DNA of 64,000 nucleotides, taken from the IMG/VR virus record IMGVR_UViG_3300011339_000326; one strand, 5' to 3'. The first letter of the stretch is position 1. Every line of letters starts with the position of its first letter. Below are positions 37,789-47,141 of this stretch, one piece after another. The notes under the pieces are model-generated. The model did not search any database and was not told the DNA's origin. It worked only from the letters and a program-made list of their open reading frames with translations. Made by a program: the position numbers and the translations under genes. This DNA comes from an uncultured virus (IMG/VR IMGVR_UViG_3300011339_000326). Its lineage: Duplodnaviria; Heunggongvirae; Uroviricota; Caudoviricetes.

Positions 37789-38367
37789 TTAACCTGCCAA
37801 GCTGAATGTGTAAGTCACAGACAAAGTGTCACCGCTCACCACAGAACGATCACCGGGGGAGCCAAAGTCAGCCGCAGAAAACAACGTACCGGTCGTACCG
37901 CTCTTAGCACTGCCGCTGGTCAGGAAAGCCCCGCCCACAGTCGTTGTGCCGTTGATGTTAAACGCAGCAGGAGAAGCTGAGTTTGTCACTACAGAAGGGT
38001 TGGCAGTCGTAGCCGTTGCAAACGTAGCAGCTACTCGGGTTGAATTACTGTAAGCCACAACCTCTGTCCAGCCAGCGTGGGAAGACATAGTGTCGCCTGC
38101 CGCAGGTGTGTTACTAGCCCCAGCGCCGTACAAACCCAGATACCAAGAGGTAATTTGTGCGACTGAAGTCAAGGCAGTGCCTGCCATATAAGCTAGACCC
38201 GCATTCACCACGAGGTTCTTGGAGTCTGCCTGCCACTTCAGATTACCGTCTTTGTCGTGGCACTCAATGTGGTACACGCCCGTAGCTTGTGCAGCTTCAC
38301 CGGCTTTTAGATTGCAAGTCAGGCCGCTGGAAACAGTGTCAGTGGCTTTAAGTTTTTCGGTAGTCAT
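37789..38367 (-). CDS. Putative tail structural protein
   Basis: NLVVNAGL, GDTLSVTYTF; operon context. Confidence 0.65.
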   Translation of the reverse strand: MTTEKLKATDTVSSGLTCNLKAGEAAQATGVYHIECHDKDGNLKWQADSKNLVVNAGLAYMAGTALTSVAQITSWYLGLYGAGASNTPAAGDTMSSHAGWTEVVAYSNSTRVAATFATATTANPSVVTNSASPAAFNINGTTTVGGAFLTSGSAKSGTTGTLFSAADFGSPGDRSVVSGDTLSVTYTFSLAG

Positions 38368-38777
38368 GGTAGCCTTATTAATGCGGTTGTTGCGGAGTTG
38401 GTGGGCATTACAACTGTAAACGAGGTCGTAGTGGTTTTGTCAGCGCCGAAGTCCAATACTGCCACCGATTTGTTACCCTTGGATGTATTGTAAATCAAGG
38501 CACCCCGTGCTGTAAACGCACCTGTAGTCCATACCACGTTGGTGAAACTCACAAAGGCAGTGGTGTCCGTGACACTGACAGACACACCGGTCATTACCTG
38601 ACCCGCAGCGGTGTAGCCTGTACCTGAAATCTCCCCACTTGTTGTGTAAACAGTGGTAGTCGCTCCCAAATCGGCATTGGCTGTGTACAACACCATGTAG
38701 AAGGTGTCTGTGGAGAAGTCATGTACCGCTTGAAGCAGTTGCTGCTTAAAGGATGTGGTTAGGGTTTGGGCAATCAT
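38364..38777 (-). CDS. Putative tail structural protein
   Basis: SFK..LL...HDF, TARGALIYN, VLDFGADK. Confidence 0.65.
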   Translation of the reverse strand: MIAQTLTTSFKQQLLQAVHDFSTDTFYMVLYTANADLGATTTVYTTSGEISGTGYTAAGQVMTGVSVSVTDTTAFVSFTNVVWTTGAFTARGALIYNTSKGNKSVAVLDFGADKTTTTSFTVVMPTNSATTALIRLP

Positions 38778-39427
38778 GTTACTGGAATCCTAGCCTGCCC
38801 ACTGCGGTATGCGTCCTGACGCTCAAGTCCATCACCCAGACGTTTAAGCTGCCCTATTGCCTCTTTGTACTTGCCGTCGTATAAGGCAATCATGTCCTGC
38901 TCACCCTTCATGTAGGTGTAGGCTTCAACCAGTGTCCCATACAAAAGCGCGGGATCGTAGTTGTCACCAAGCCATGTGGTTGAGGCGGTGACGATGGACT
39001 CTGGGTAGTAGAAGTAATGAAGTTCTGTGCCGTACGCAGCGTCAGGTGTGGGGCCAAGGATGAACGTCAGTTCTGTCTCGTTGTCTGACCGGGGGCCGAA
39101 TATGGCGTAGTACTTGGGCGCTCCGGTGGACGTTGGCTTGGGATACGCTTCCCTGATGAAGTTCACATCCTTGTTCAGCAGGTACGTGTACGCTCCCGTA
39201 GTGGGGTTGATTGCCGCCAAGGAGAATGTGGACAGGAAATCAGTGGGGCACTGGAGGTACTTGTTGCTTGCTGTTGTGCTGCCTGTGACGTTCTTGCGTA
39301 GGGATGGAAGCTGTACGGCGTTGTATATGCGTTTCTCTGCCTGTGTAATAAACACATTCATGTCCGTCGTAGGGAACGTATTTTCCGTGTAGGAGGCAAC
39401 GGCAGCAACCAACGCAGCGTAGTTCAT
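38774..39427 (-). CDS. Head-tail adaptor / tubular protein A-like
   Basis: FI.QAE.RI, GPTPD..Y, LLYG.LVEA. Confidence 0.7.
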   Translation of the reverse strand: MNYAALVAAVASYTENTFPTTDMNVFITQAEKRIYNAVQLPSLRKNVTGSTTASNKYLQCPTDFLSTFSLAAINPTTGAYTYLLNKDVNFIREAYPKPTSTGAPKYYAIFGPRSDNETELTFILGPTPDAAYGTELHYFYYPESIVTASTTWLGDNYDPALLYGTLVEAYTYMKGEQDMIALYDGKYKEAIGQLKRLGDGLERQDAYRSGQARIPVT

Positions 39428-39705
39428 GCCATCGGACCCCGAGACATCGTGCCTTTAGTGGCGCAACCAGTTCCACGCATCTGGATACCAGAGGTCTTTA
39501 TAGGTTCGTTACCAGCCGATTTGCTGATGTTGCCAATGCTAACGTCCAAGGTATCGAGCTTACTACGGTTGGGGGGAAAGCCGGGGTTAGTGCCAAACTC
39601 TACTGGAGCTTTGGTCATTTTCTTTCCGTCCATCGTATGCGGTTGTGCATAGACGGCAGCAGAGCCAACCTCTTTGCCCATAAGTTTTTGACTGAACTTA
39701 GTCAT
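39424..39705 (-). CDS. Small basic virion protein (GIQMRGTGCATKG tail)
   Basis: GGAGG SD, coupled. Confidence 0.7.
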   Translation of the reverse strand: MTKFSQKLMGKEVGSAAVYAQPHTMDGKKMTKAPVEFGTNPGFPPNRSKLDTLDVSIGNISKSAGNEPIKTSGIQMRGTGCATKGTMSRGPMA

Positions 39706-39706
39706 A

Positions 39707-39895
39707 TTAACCTCCGCGACCAGATTTCTGGTTCATCACTTTAGCCATGCCACGACCATACTTCATCATGTCCATGTCTGTCTTGCCACCTTTGGCAAAT
39801 TTAGTCATCGGTTTGCCGGGATGCAGCTTCTTCTCGTGCTTGTGCACAGCCCCAGCTATCATCTTTTTATCCTGTTTCAAATCTGCCTTGTCCAT
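39707..39895 (-). CDS. Small basic protein (HKHE...H; FAKGG)
   Basis: AGGAG SD. Confidence 0.7.
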   Translation of the reverse strand: MDKADLKQDKKMIAGAVHKHEKKLHPGKPMTKFAKGGKTDMDMMKYGRGMAKVMNQKSGRGG

Positions 39896-39903
39896 ATCAA
39901 CTC

Positions 39904-40287
39904 CTAAGTTACTGTAACTGAACCAAGTTCTAATGCTGCTACCAAGTAGTTGGGAGTCAGCCCATCATCGTTTGCCCTAGAACCACCTACCGGGTTCCAG
40001 TTCCACTGAAATACTCGGCTTCCTTCGCCTGAATACCCATCTACCAGCAAGCCAGAAGCGTAGTAGCTCAAATCCCTACGCGGCTCCCGCACTCCTTGTG
40101 GATCATCCACCGGATACATCCCCAACTGTAACTGAGGTTGATCTGGTGTCCAGCAGGTTGGGCACACTAGTAAGTTGTAAGTTTTGGTCTTGACAACTTC
40201 CTTCTTCAGTTCCTTCAACTTGTAGCGAAACCCGCAGCGGTCACATTCCGCTATCGAATTCTTACCGGATGAAAACCTGTTGCCCAT
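39904..40287 (-). CDS. Zn-ribbon protein
   Basis: CDRCGF...VCPTCW..DQPQ. Confidence 0.7.
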   Translation of the reverse strand: MGNRFSSGKNSIAECDRCGFRYKLKELKKEVVKTKTYNLLVCPTCWTPDQPQLQLGMYPVDDPQGVREPRRDLSYYASGLLVDGYSGEGSRVFQWNWNPVGGSRANDDGLTPNYLVAALELGSVTVT

Positions 40288-40289
40288 GT

Positions 40290-41210
40290 CTAGCCTAGGA
40301 ACATCTGCCGGGGCACAAATCGAACTGAGGCTTTCTCACGGTCCTCATCCTGCGCCAACTGCCATGCCTCATCATATTGCATCTTCAATACCTGCAGCCG
40401 CTCCATTCCGTTGGGTATCTTGAGTGCCAAATAGTAGGCTAACCCTGCTGCTACGCACGGAATAAACCTGAACGGCACATCCATAGTATCCGAGCCGTCC
40501 CCAGCGTTTTGGTTCCTACGCAACCGCCAGTACACAAAGGTATAGGTCTGGGAGCCATCAGGCGTGGGCCAGACGCTGATTGCAGGGGGGTTTGATACAT
40601 ACACGGCTGTACTCGTCGTATGCGTGGCTGCGGTAGTATTTGCCTGCCCCCTAGAGCAAGCTGTCAGGACATTGCCTACGATATACCCGTAGTAGATGAT
40701 CTCGTTATCCACCTTGATGTAACCCGCAGCAGCTAGTCCTATGACAGAATCCAAAGTGATCGTGGTGGCTGTAGCAGTCACCGCACCACTAAGTGCTAGG
40801 GTTGTGGCGGAAGTTTGCCCCGAGTTGCGCTGGATCATTACCTGAATGGGCCTAGCTTGCGTCAGCTTGTTAGGCAACGTAGCGTAGGTACTAACGCTGA
40901 TACGTGTGATGGTCAGGTCAGATTGATTAGAAGTTGAGTTGGCGTTTGTGCGGATGACATGCTCAAGCAAGTCTACGGTATCCACCGGCAGCGCATAGGT
41001 GTTCAACCCCTGAGTCAGGGCGAATGATCCCTGCTCAATTGTCCACATGTTGATGCCCCGGTTGGCCCAGTCGGCAAACATGATGTTGAGTGACCGACGC
41101 GCTGTACGCATGTCATAGCCAGAACGAAGCTCAGAGCCTGCGCGTTCAAACGCATCCTCAATGACCTCACTCAGGTCCATGTCAAAGTTAGCAACGCCTG
41201 AAGTAGTCAT
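40290..41210 (-). CDS. Head-tail adaptor (P22 gp4-like) with an inserted beta domain
   Basis: IEDAFER.G, ARRSLN....WANRG, VWPTPD, GLAYYLA. Confidence 0.7.
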   Translation of the reverse strand: MTTSGVANFDMDLSEVIEDAFERAGSELRSGYDMRTARRSLNIMFADWANRGINMWTIEQGSFALTQGLNTYALPVDTVDLLEHVIRTNANSTSNQSDLTITRISVSTYATLPNKLTQARPIQVMIQRNSGQTSATTLALSGAVTATATTITLDSVIGLAAAGYIKVDNEIIYYGYIVGNVLTACSRGQANTTAATHTTSTAVYVSNPPAISVWPTPDGSQTYTFVYWRLRRNQNAGDGSDTMDVPFRFIPCVAAGLAYYLALKIPNGMERLQVLKMQYDEAWQLAQDEDREKASVRFVPRQMFLG

Positions 41211-41431
41211 TATTTAGCCGAATCTATAAATGCTTGATCAGTTGGAGCGCCCGGAGAACCGGGTTTCCGCATTTTGCCGCCTCGCTTGCGTTTGGCATTA
41301 ATGTTGGCCCATAAACCAACTTTTCCACCTTCAGCATACTGCGTAAAGTCCGTGTTGTCACGGCGTGCTGTTTTCTTGGCCTTCGGCATCTTGCTGGGGT
41401 TGATGTCCCCCATGCCACGACTGGCTATCAT
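41210..41431 (-). CDS. Small basic protein (SRGMG; YAEGG)
   Basis: GAGG SD, coupled. Confidence 0.7.
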   Translation of the reverse strand: MIASRGMGDINPSKMPKAKKTARRDNTDFTQYAEGGKVGLWANINAKRKRGGKMRKPGSPGAPTDQAFIDSAK

Positions 41432-41916
41432 ACAAACCTACCTCTGGTTTTACCACGCTGCTCAATGCCACCGCCACGGGCGTACTTCTTAACCTTGCCG
41501 CCTTTTTTCATGCCTTCTTTCTCGGCGTCAATCTCGCGCAGGGCCTTATCGTTCTCCATATCTGCGATCCGTTGCTTGGCATCCTCAGACAACTTGACAC
41601 GCTCACTGCTACCCAGCTTGTCACCGATAGTCCTAAGGATGTTAGAACCCCCAACTATCTTCTTACCAGCGCCAGTGCGCTCATCAAGGGCGCGGCCAAC
41701 TTCATACCCAGCTTGTAGCGCAGCGCCCGCTAGGCCCGCTCTACCTGCATTTCTGTTTTGTCCGCGCTGACCAGCTTCACGAACTACTTCACGAGCACTA
41801 CCTTTGATTTTAGAAGAGTCAACATTCTGACCCTTCTTCATTTTTTTGTAGTCCTCAATACTGCGTTCCACAACATCATCGTTGAGGCCGGGTAGGTTAT
41901 CCCATCTAGTAGCCAT
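41428..41916 (-). CDS. Small protein with MKKGG...GIEQRGKTRG tail
   Basis: AAGGAG SD. Confidence 0.75.
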   Translation of the reverse strand: MATRWDNLPGLNDDVVERSIEDYKKMKKGQNVDSSKIKGSAREVVREAGQRGQNRNAGRAGLAGAALQAGYEVGRALDERTGAGKKIVGGSNILRTIGDKLGSSERVKLSEDAKQRIADMENDKALREIDAEKEGMKKGGKVKKYARGGGIEQRGKTRGRFV

Positions 41917-41925
41917 ACTAACTCC

Positions 41926-42171
41926 TTAGCACATTTTGCCGCGAGTTTTACCCCGCTGGGCAATGCCATCAGCACGGGATGAGACTGAACCGCCTTGTTT
42001 CATGCCCGCCGCTTTGTTGTAAGCCTTGGTAGTGGCAGCTTGGTCTTTAGCAGTTTTACTTTGCTGCTCCATACCATAACGCTGCGCGGGCGTTACATAT
42101 TCCTCATCGGATTCGTCCGTGCGCTGCGGGTTCACAAACCCACGCCCAGCACCAGCTTCTTTTTTAGCCAT
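41926..42171 (-). CDS. Small protein with MKQGG...GIAQRGKTRG tail
   Basis: AAGGGG SD. Confidence 0.75.
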   Translation of the reverse strand: MAKKEAGAGRGFVNPQRTDESDEEYVTPAQRYGMEQQSKTAKDQAATTKAYNKAAGMKQGGSVSSRADGIAQRGKTRGKMC

Positions 42172-42181
42172 GATATACCCC

Positions 42182-42637
42182 TTAACAGGCTTTGCCGCCC
42201 TTGTTCATTTTGATCTGCGTAGCTTTGGTCTTGCCTTTGGAAGCAATTCCGTTAGCGGACGCACGGAATGTACCGCCTCCAGCCATGCCGCCCTTTTTCA
42301 TGCCCATCATCTGTTTTTTATCAGATGCCATTTCAGCTTTGGAACCTTCTTTCATGCCCTTTTTCTTGGCAATCATTGCCATGAAGCCGGGGTTCATTTT
42401 CGTAGCCATAGTGTCACCACCTTTTTTGAAAAGTTCGTTACGACCTTGATTGGTCTTGGGTTTGTTAACTGTCTGCAAATCGGCTCGATTACGCGCACTG
42501 GTAGAAAGTTTTAACGCCTTATCAGCCGCTGTAAAATCCTTGCCCACGGACTGTGGGACACCTACCTTCTTGGCAAAGCTCGGGCTGTTAGCTATTGCCC
42601 CCATGAAATTGTGCTGCTTTTTGCTCGTGCTTGGCAT
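42182..42637 (-). CDS. Lys/Met-rich protein with multiple xKxGG motifs and GIASKGKT
   Basis: MPSTSKKQHNFM..IA N-terminus. Confidence 0.75.
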   Translation of the reverse strand: MPSTSKKQHNFMGAIANSPSFAKKVGVPQSVGKDFTAADKALKLSTSARNRADLQTVNKPKTNQGRNELFKKGGDTMATKMNPGFMAMIAKKKGMKEGSKAEMASDKKQMMGMKKGGMAGGGTFRASANGIASKGKTKATQIKMNKGGKAC

Positions 42638-42955
42638 TTAGCGCATCCGACCTTTAGTCTTACCGCGCTGGGCAATACCATCACCACGGGAAGAGGCCTT
42701 TACAACGCCACCTTTAGCTTTTGCAATGGGTTTATTGGCACGCATTCTTTCCGTATTGGCACGCGCTCTTTCCTTCATTGCTTGTATGATTGGGTCATCA
42801 TCAAGGCCGGGGGTAACCCTATTTTTAAGAGCCTCTAATTGGTCTTTAGATGTTTGCCGTCTTTGGTCAAAAACATCTTTGGTTACAACCTCATTGTTAT
42901 GGGTATAGACAGGGTTCCCTGCCGCATCTTCTGTAACCCTAAAAAAATTATTCAT
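42638..42955 (-). CDS. Small protein with KAKGG...GIAQRGKTKG tail
   Basis: AGGAG SD. Confidence 0.75.
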   Translation of the reverse strand: MNNFFRVTEDAAGNPVYTHNNEVVTKDVFDQRRQTSKDQLEALKNRVTPGLDDDPIIQAMKERARANTERMRANKPIAKAKGGVVKASSRGDGIAQRGKTKGRMR

Positions 42956-42964
42956 AATATTCTC

Positions 42965-43222
42965 CTAGCATTTCCATCTTGCAAGAGAAGCGGCCTTCCG
43001 GGTGGGCTTACCCTTCTCGTCTTTCATCGGCCCCGGCATACCGCTCATCCGGGCGCAGAACGAGTCCTTGCGCTTTCCACCTTGGGGCTGTGGAGCCTTG
43101 AGGTTGCTGCCTGTTGCTGCGTTGTACTTGGCCCTGCCCTTGGCAGTCAGACCGGCCCCCTGAGATACAGGGAGCTTTTCCCCCCGACCAACAGAGAGAA
43201 CCGGGCCTTGCTTCTTAGCCAT
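42965..43222 (-). CDS. Small basic protein (GLTAKGR...SFCARM...W.C; DUF6321-like)
   Basis: Likely start ATG 43222 overlapping the previous stop region. Confidence 0.7.
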   Translation of the reverse strand: MAKKQGPVLSVGRGEKLPVSQGAGLTAKGRAKYNAATGSNLKAPQPQGGKRKDSFCARMSGMPGPMKDEKGKPTRKAASLARWKC

Positions 43223-43499
43223 AAAACACCGTGCATGCGGAAACGTTTGAAAGCTCAACATACATGCCGCTGGAAAACAAAATTCCCTCACCGGGTAGCA
43301 AAACGTAAATTGTGAACGAGTCGCTGGTGCCAACATCTAATTCGCACAAAATTGTGCCGCTTCCGCCGCCATTGCGAAATTTTATAAACCCATCGGTGCC
43401 GTTGCCACGATAGGATACAGATTTCAAACGGTTTCGGCTAAGCCCGTTGATATTGCTACTCGAAGTTATGTGCTGCGAGTGTACGTCTGTTTGCATCAT
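43215..43499 (-). CDS. Small beta-rich virion protein (LPGEGILF)
   Basis: AGGAG SD before ATG 43499. Confidence 0.7.
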   Translation of the reverse strand: MMQTDVHSQHITSSSNINGLSRNRLKSVSYRGNGTDGFIKFRNGGGSGTILCELDVGTSDSFTIYVLLPGEGILFSSGMYVELSNVSACTVFYG

Positions 43500-43518
43500 A
43501 ATCAATCTCCTGTAAGAC

Positions 43519-43534
43519 GGGGGCCGAAGCCCCC
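43519..43534 (-). terminator. UUCG hairpin (weak terminator or stabilizer)
   Basis: GGGGGC-TTCG-GCCCCC on the - strand with a poor U tail. Confidence 0.5.
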
Positions 43535-43542
43535 AAGATCAA

Positions 43543-44067
43543 TTAAGCAGACGCTGGGAACTGCAAACCAGTAGAGTCGGCAACCACGTACATGATTGTG
43601 TACTGCACAGTACCTGCGGTCACTGCTGCAACGGTTGGAGTCATTGTGGCAACCACTTTAACGTCTGTAGCACCGATACCAATCCCGTTGGGGGATGTAG
43701 TAGAAGCTGCACCACACCATGCGCCCAACTTGGCTGCTGCGTTACTAACAGCCGCACGACCCGCAGTAGTTACGTCAGTAGCAGCCCAGTACAAAGCGGC
43801 GGTAGTGCCGTCACCAATGGACACGTTTGCGGCAGTTGAGCCTGTAAATGCAACGGTGGTGTCAATCAGAATGTCAACGATTTGAGCGCCAGCAGGCAGT
43901 ACACAGATGGTGTCGGTAGTCGCGGAAGCGGCCTGACCTGTGTAGTTTTTCTTGAATGTTTGCGAAACAACGGTAGCACCGCAGTTCTCAATATTACCAA
44001 CCGTTGTGCCCGTTGTGTTGCGGACAGTACCGAGCAGCCAAGGGCCAAGGTGAGTTGCGAATCCCAT
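43543..44067 (-). CDS. Putative capsid decoration/cement protein
   Basis: LPAGAQIVDI, beta-rich; downstream of the major capsid gene. Confidence 0.6.
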   Translation of the reverse strand: MGFATHLGPWLLGTVRNTTGTTVGNIENCGATVVSQTFKKNYTGQAASATTDTICVLPAGAQIVDILIDTTVAFTGSTAANVSIGDGTTAALYWAATDVTTAGRAAVSNAAAKLGAWCGAASTTSPNGIGIGATDVKVVATMTPTVAAVTAGTVQYTIMYVVADSTGLQFPASA

Positions 44068-44077
44068 GATGTCATTC

Positions 44078-44150
44078 CTTCATGCGTTAAGGTGTATCAA
44101 TCTTGCATGTAAGTCAGCCGGGACTGTTTGATACACCGGAAAGCCCGGAT
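44078..44150 (-). ncRNA. Candidate pseudoknotted cis-regulatory RNA
   Basis: 10-bp stem plus two loop-flank pairings, one reaching the SD (see findings). Confidence 0.5.
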
Positions 44151-44163
44151 TAGCTGCACTGTA

Positions 44164-44784
44164 TCACTTCTTGGGCGGGAATGCAATGGCCTCAGAATCA
44201 TCAGGCAAAGCATTTGATTTACGTAGGTTGTCTGCTTGCGTCAGGATACGGAGATTCCACGGTACGTGCAAGCCGCATACAACTTCGGACCGTAGGGGGT
44301 AGATGTGATCCACTACGTACCTCTGGCCTGTAATTTGTGTTGACAGCATCGCCGCCTGATAAATAGCGCGGATTTCTGTTTTCTGCTTCCTAGAGAGCCA
44401 TGTAGGCGTAGCTTCGCGGTGCTTGCGACGACGAGCTTTATTGTCCGCGTTAATAGCCAACACGTTGTTGTCTTTCCACGCCTGTCGATATTGGTTCTTT
44501 AACTCGTTCGGCGTAGCACGAGCCTTGGCGACGACATCCGCCTTATTTGCTTCGTAGTACCTATTCTTAGCCTTTTGCCCCGCGTCAGACTTGTTGTACG
44601 CCTTAAAGTAGCTAGCGCGAGTTTCAAGCGCTTTTTGCCACTCAACCTTCAAACAATCTATACAGGCCCCCTTGGTCTTGCGTGGGGCAACGTGTCCGTG
44701 CTTGCAAGGCTCTCCAGTGAAATAGTGAGTTGCCTTAGTCGCCGTAGCTTCGGCACGAGTTTTGGGTAGTTTCTGTGTGTCCAT
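44164..44784 (-). mobile_element. Free-standing HNH endonuclease after the major capsid gene
   Basis: G.PCKHGH...CIDC; ATP.WL; VDHIYPL...VCGLHVPWNL...N..KSN. Confidence 0.85.
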
Positions 44785-44847
44785 TTATGCTCCTGTGGTT
44801 TGACACAGGTAATGTACCATAGAAGCGTGCTGGTTACCAGTGGACGT

Positions 44848-44874
44848 AAAAAAGGCCCCCGAAGGAGCCTTTTT
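44848..44874 (-). terminator. Bidirectional Rho-independent terminator after the major capsid gene
   Basis: AAAAAGGCTCC-TTCG-GGGGCCTTTTTT on the - strand. Confidence 0.9.
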
Positions 44875-44893
44875 AGAACAACACCAGTCGTTT

Positions 44894-45805
44894 TTAAGAC
44901 GAACCGGGGCTTCCGAACACGCCCAGAGGGTCAGACCAGCCAAAACTGTAACGCTCGCGGCTCTTATACCGGACATTGCCAGTGTCGAAGTCACCGTCCA
45001 TTGAGTTAGCCAGAGGCGAACGCACAAAGTGCTTCAGACCGTTGGGCACATCAGTGGTCAGATACCAACCATTGGTGTCGGTCAAGAAGTGGTTGATTGC
45101 ATAGCCTTCAGGGATTGAACCGTTGCTCTTCAACGCATTGATATCGTTGTCGGTAGTGCCAACACGGAGGCTGGTTTCCAACAGACGGGTAGCAACGAAT
45201 TGCAAAGCCGGGGGAACAATCATCTTTTTGGGCTTCGCAGCGATCAGCAGACCACGCTCATCCGTCCAAGCAGCGATCTGAATGACAGCGGCTTCCAAAG
45301 AAGTCTCGTTCAAATCAGCGCCAACTGAGGGGCGGTTAGAGTTGGTACCACCGTTGACCAGCGGGTGGGCAGTGGAAAACAAAGCAACGCCGTCGCCACC
45401 GGGGTAAGCCGCAGAGAAACCGTTGTTGATAACGGCAGCGCCCTTGACTTGCTTGGTGTACGCCATCGCACGAGCCAGACCCTTGGTGTAACGAGCAGAC
45501 AGTGAGTCATACAAGTTATCTTCCACGGCCTCTTCAGTGATGGAGAAGCCTAGAGCAATGGTTTCGTGGTTGTAGCGAGTCGTCCATGCTTCCTGTGCGT
45601 TGTCATAAGCGATGGCAGAACCCTCGTTTTTGACTGGTGCAGCAGAGAAACCGGACAGCTTGGTTTCCTCTTCGAACGAACGCTCAGAAGATTCAACTTC
45701 GTAGAGTTCTTTGTGCTCCTCGCCGTAGCGAGAGTACTCAAGGCCAAACAAGGCATTGAGGCCGGGGAGCAGTTCTTTAAGTAGTTGTGCGCGTGAAATT
45801 GCCAT
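44894..45805 (-). CDS. Major capsid protein
   Basis: AISRAQLLKEL.PGL, SERSFEE, DGVALFSTAHP, VPPALQF.A.RLL, RERYSFGWSDP; followed by a terminator. Confidence 0.88.
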   Translation of the reverse strand: MAISRAQLLKELLPGLNALFGLEYSRYGEEHKELYEVESSERSFEEETKLSGFSAAPVKNEGSAIAYDNAQEAWTTRYNHETIALGFSITEEAVEDNLYDSLSARYTKGLARAMAYTKQVKGAAVINNGFSAAYPGGDGVALFSTAHPLVNGGTNSNRPSVGADLNETSLEAAVIQIAAWTDERGLLIAAKPKKMIVPPALQFVATRLLETSLRVGTTDNDINALKSNGSIPEGYAINHFLTDTNGWYLTTDVPNGLKHFVRSPLANSMDGDFDTGNVRYKSRERYSFGWSDPLGVFGSPGSS

Positions 45806-45816
45806 GATTTAGCTCC

Positions 45817-46653
45817 TTAAGCGCCAGTGGCAGAGTAGTAGCCATGCAGAGCTTGGTTCATTTTGACCAAGATTTCAGGATACTGAGTGAAAACCACAGT
45901 CGATGTGTAAACACCGGAGTTCAGCGTAAAGGTAGCAGCTTGGTCAAGCACAACAGAAGTTGCACCAGCGGCGGCAGCAGTTTTTACGAAAGAACCCGTC
46001 TGTGCAACTTGACCACTAGTGGTCAACACAGAAACGTCCGTGCCAATTGGTAACGCAAACGGCAGAGCACTTACGGTCAAGGTACTAGTACCCGAACTGA
46101 AAGTAACTGTACCCAGCGATACTGCGGTCTCAGGCACAACACCAACCATGCGCAGAGGCAGAGTGGTAGTGACTGGGGTGTCCGTAGGAGCCAGAACAGC
46201 ATTGGAAGAATTGCCGGTATTGGTGTTACCAGTAGCGTTATTGATGGCTGACAGGTTAGTGCCAATCATCGCCAAAGCGCCAGAAGCAACAGTAGTGCCG
46301 GAACTGCAAACAACAGCCTTGAACACAGCATCAGGGTCGTCCAAAATATAGGCTTGGCAGTCACCGGCAGCGGTGCTTGCGGGCCAATATTGCGAGAACA
46401 ACTTTTGCTTAGTTGTGGGGTTGGTGAAAGTGCAGCCCAAGAAGATACCGACAGTCTGGTTCAAACCAGTACCGGCAGCAACGGCAGCGCGTGTGGCAAA
46501 GCCACGGGATAGGACAACAAAATCACCATAGAAGATGTTAGTCGCATAACCGTACTGGATGTTGTACATGCGGGTAGAACCAGCAAATACTTGACCTCCA
46601 ATTAGGTTCTGCGGCAACAGCCCATACGGTGCTGATACTACAGGGTAAGCCAT
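45817..46653 (-). CDS. Capsid-associated protein
   Basis: APYGL.P, IFYGD.V, VGIFLGC.F, DDPD..F; directly upstream of the major capsid gene. Confidence 0.7.
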   Translation of the reverse strand: MAYPVVSAPYGLLPQNLIGGQVFAGSTRMYNIQYGYATNIFYGDFVVLSRGFATRAAVAAGTGLNQTVGIFLGCTFTNPTTKQKLFSQYWPASTAAGDCQAYILDDPDAVFKAVVCSSGTTVASGALAMIGTNLSAINNATGNTNTGNSSNAVLAPTDTPVTTTLPLRMVGVVPETAVSLGTVTFSSGTSTLTVSALPFALPIGTDVSVLTTSGQVAQTGSFVKTAAAAGATSVVLDQAATFTLNSGVYTSTVVFTQYPEILVKMNQALHGYYSATGA

Positions 46654-46671
46654 TTAAGACTCCTTAAAAAA

Positions 46672-47139
46672 TTAAGAACCAGAACCAAACGTCACTTTTG
46701 TCGATTTTTCTGAAAACTTCGACATCCGTGGATCGTTATCTCGAAGAAAGTTATTGTCTACTGACTCCATCTGAGCTTTGTTCTGATTAGCGTAATAAGC
46801 AGAACGCTGTTTCAGAAACTCTTCTGGAATACGGCAAAGCAATAGTCCGCCTACTTCGACGTTGCCTTTGAAACGTCCTTCAGTAGAAGCGTGCACCAAT
46901 AGCTCAGGATAGTCCTCTGCTTTGCAGGGCTCATACCCCTCGCGTAACTTAGAAGAAGTGTTACTAGGATCAGCTTGTCCCAGCATGCTAATACGAACCC
47001 AGCGATGATCCCAACCCGGACGTTTATCCGGTGATGGCAGCGTTTCTGGAGGACGCCAAGCAGTAGGGCGTGCAAAAGATTCACGACTGTCCAGTTCACG
47101 AACCAGACGGTTTTGAGTTTTGTCCAAAGTCTTTTCCAT
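46672..47139 (-). CDS. Conserved head-module protein
   Basis: W.PP..LP, RWVR, REGYEP, VGGLLLCRIP. Confidence 0.7.
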   Translation of the reverse strand: MEKTLDKTQNRLVRELDSRESFARPTAWRPPETLPSPDKRPGWDHRWVRISMLGQADPSNTSSKLREGYEPCKAEDYPELLVHASTEGRFKGNVEVGGLLLCRIPEEFLKQRSAYYANQNKAQMESVDNNFLRDNDPRMSKFSEKSTKVTFGSGS

Positions 47140-47141
47140 TT

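Noticed and set aside
44076..44156. HDV-like or hammerhead ribozyme
   Set aside because: No room for the HDV P3/L3 element and no CUGAUGA/GAAA hammerhead core; kept only as an unclassified structure.
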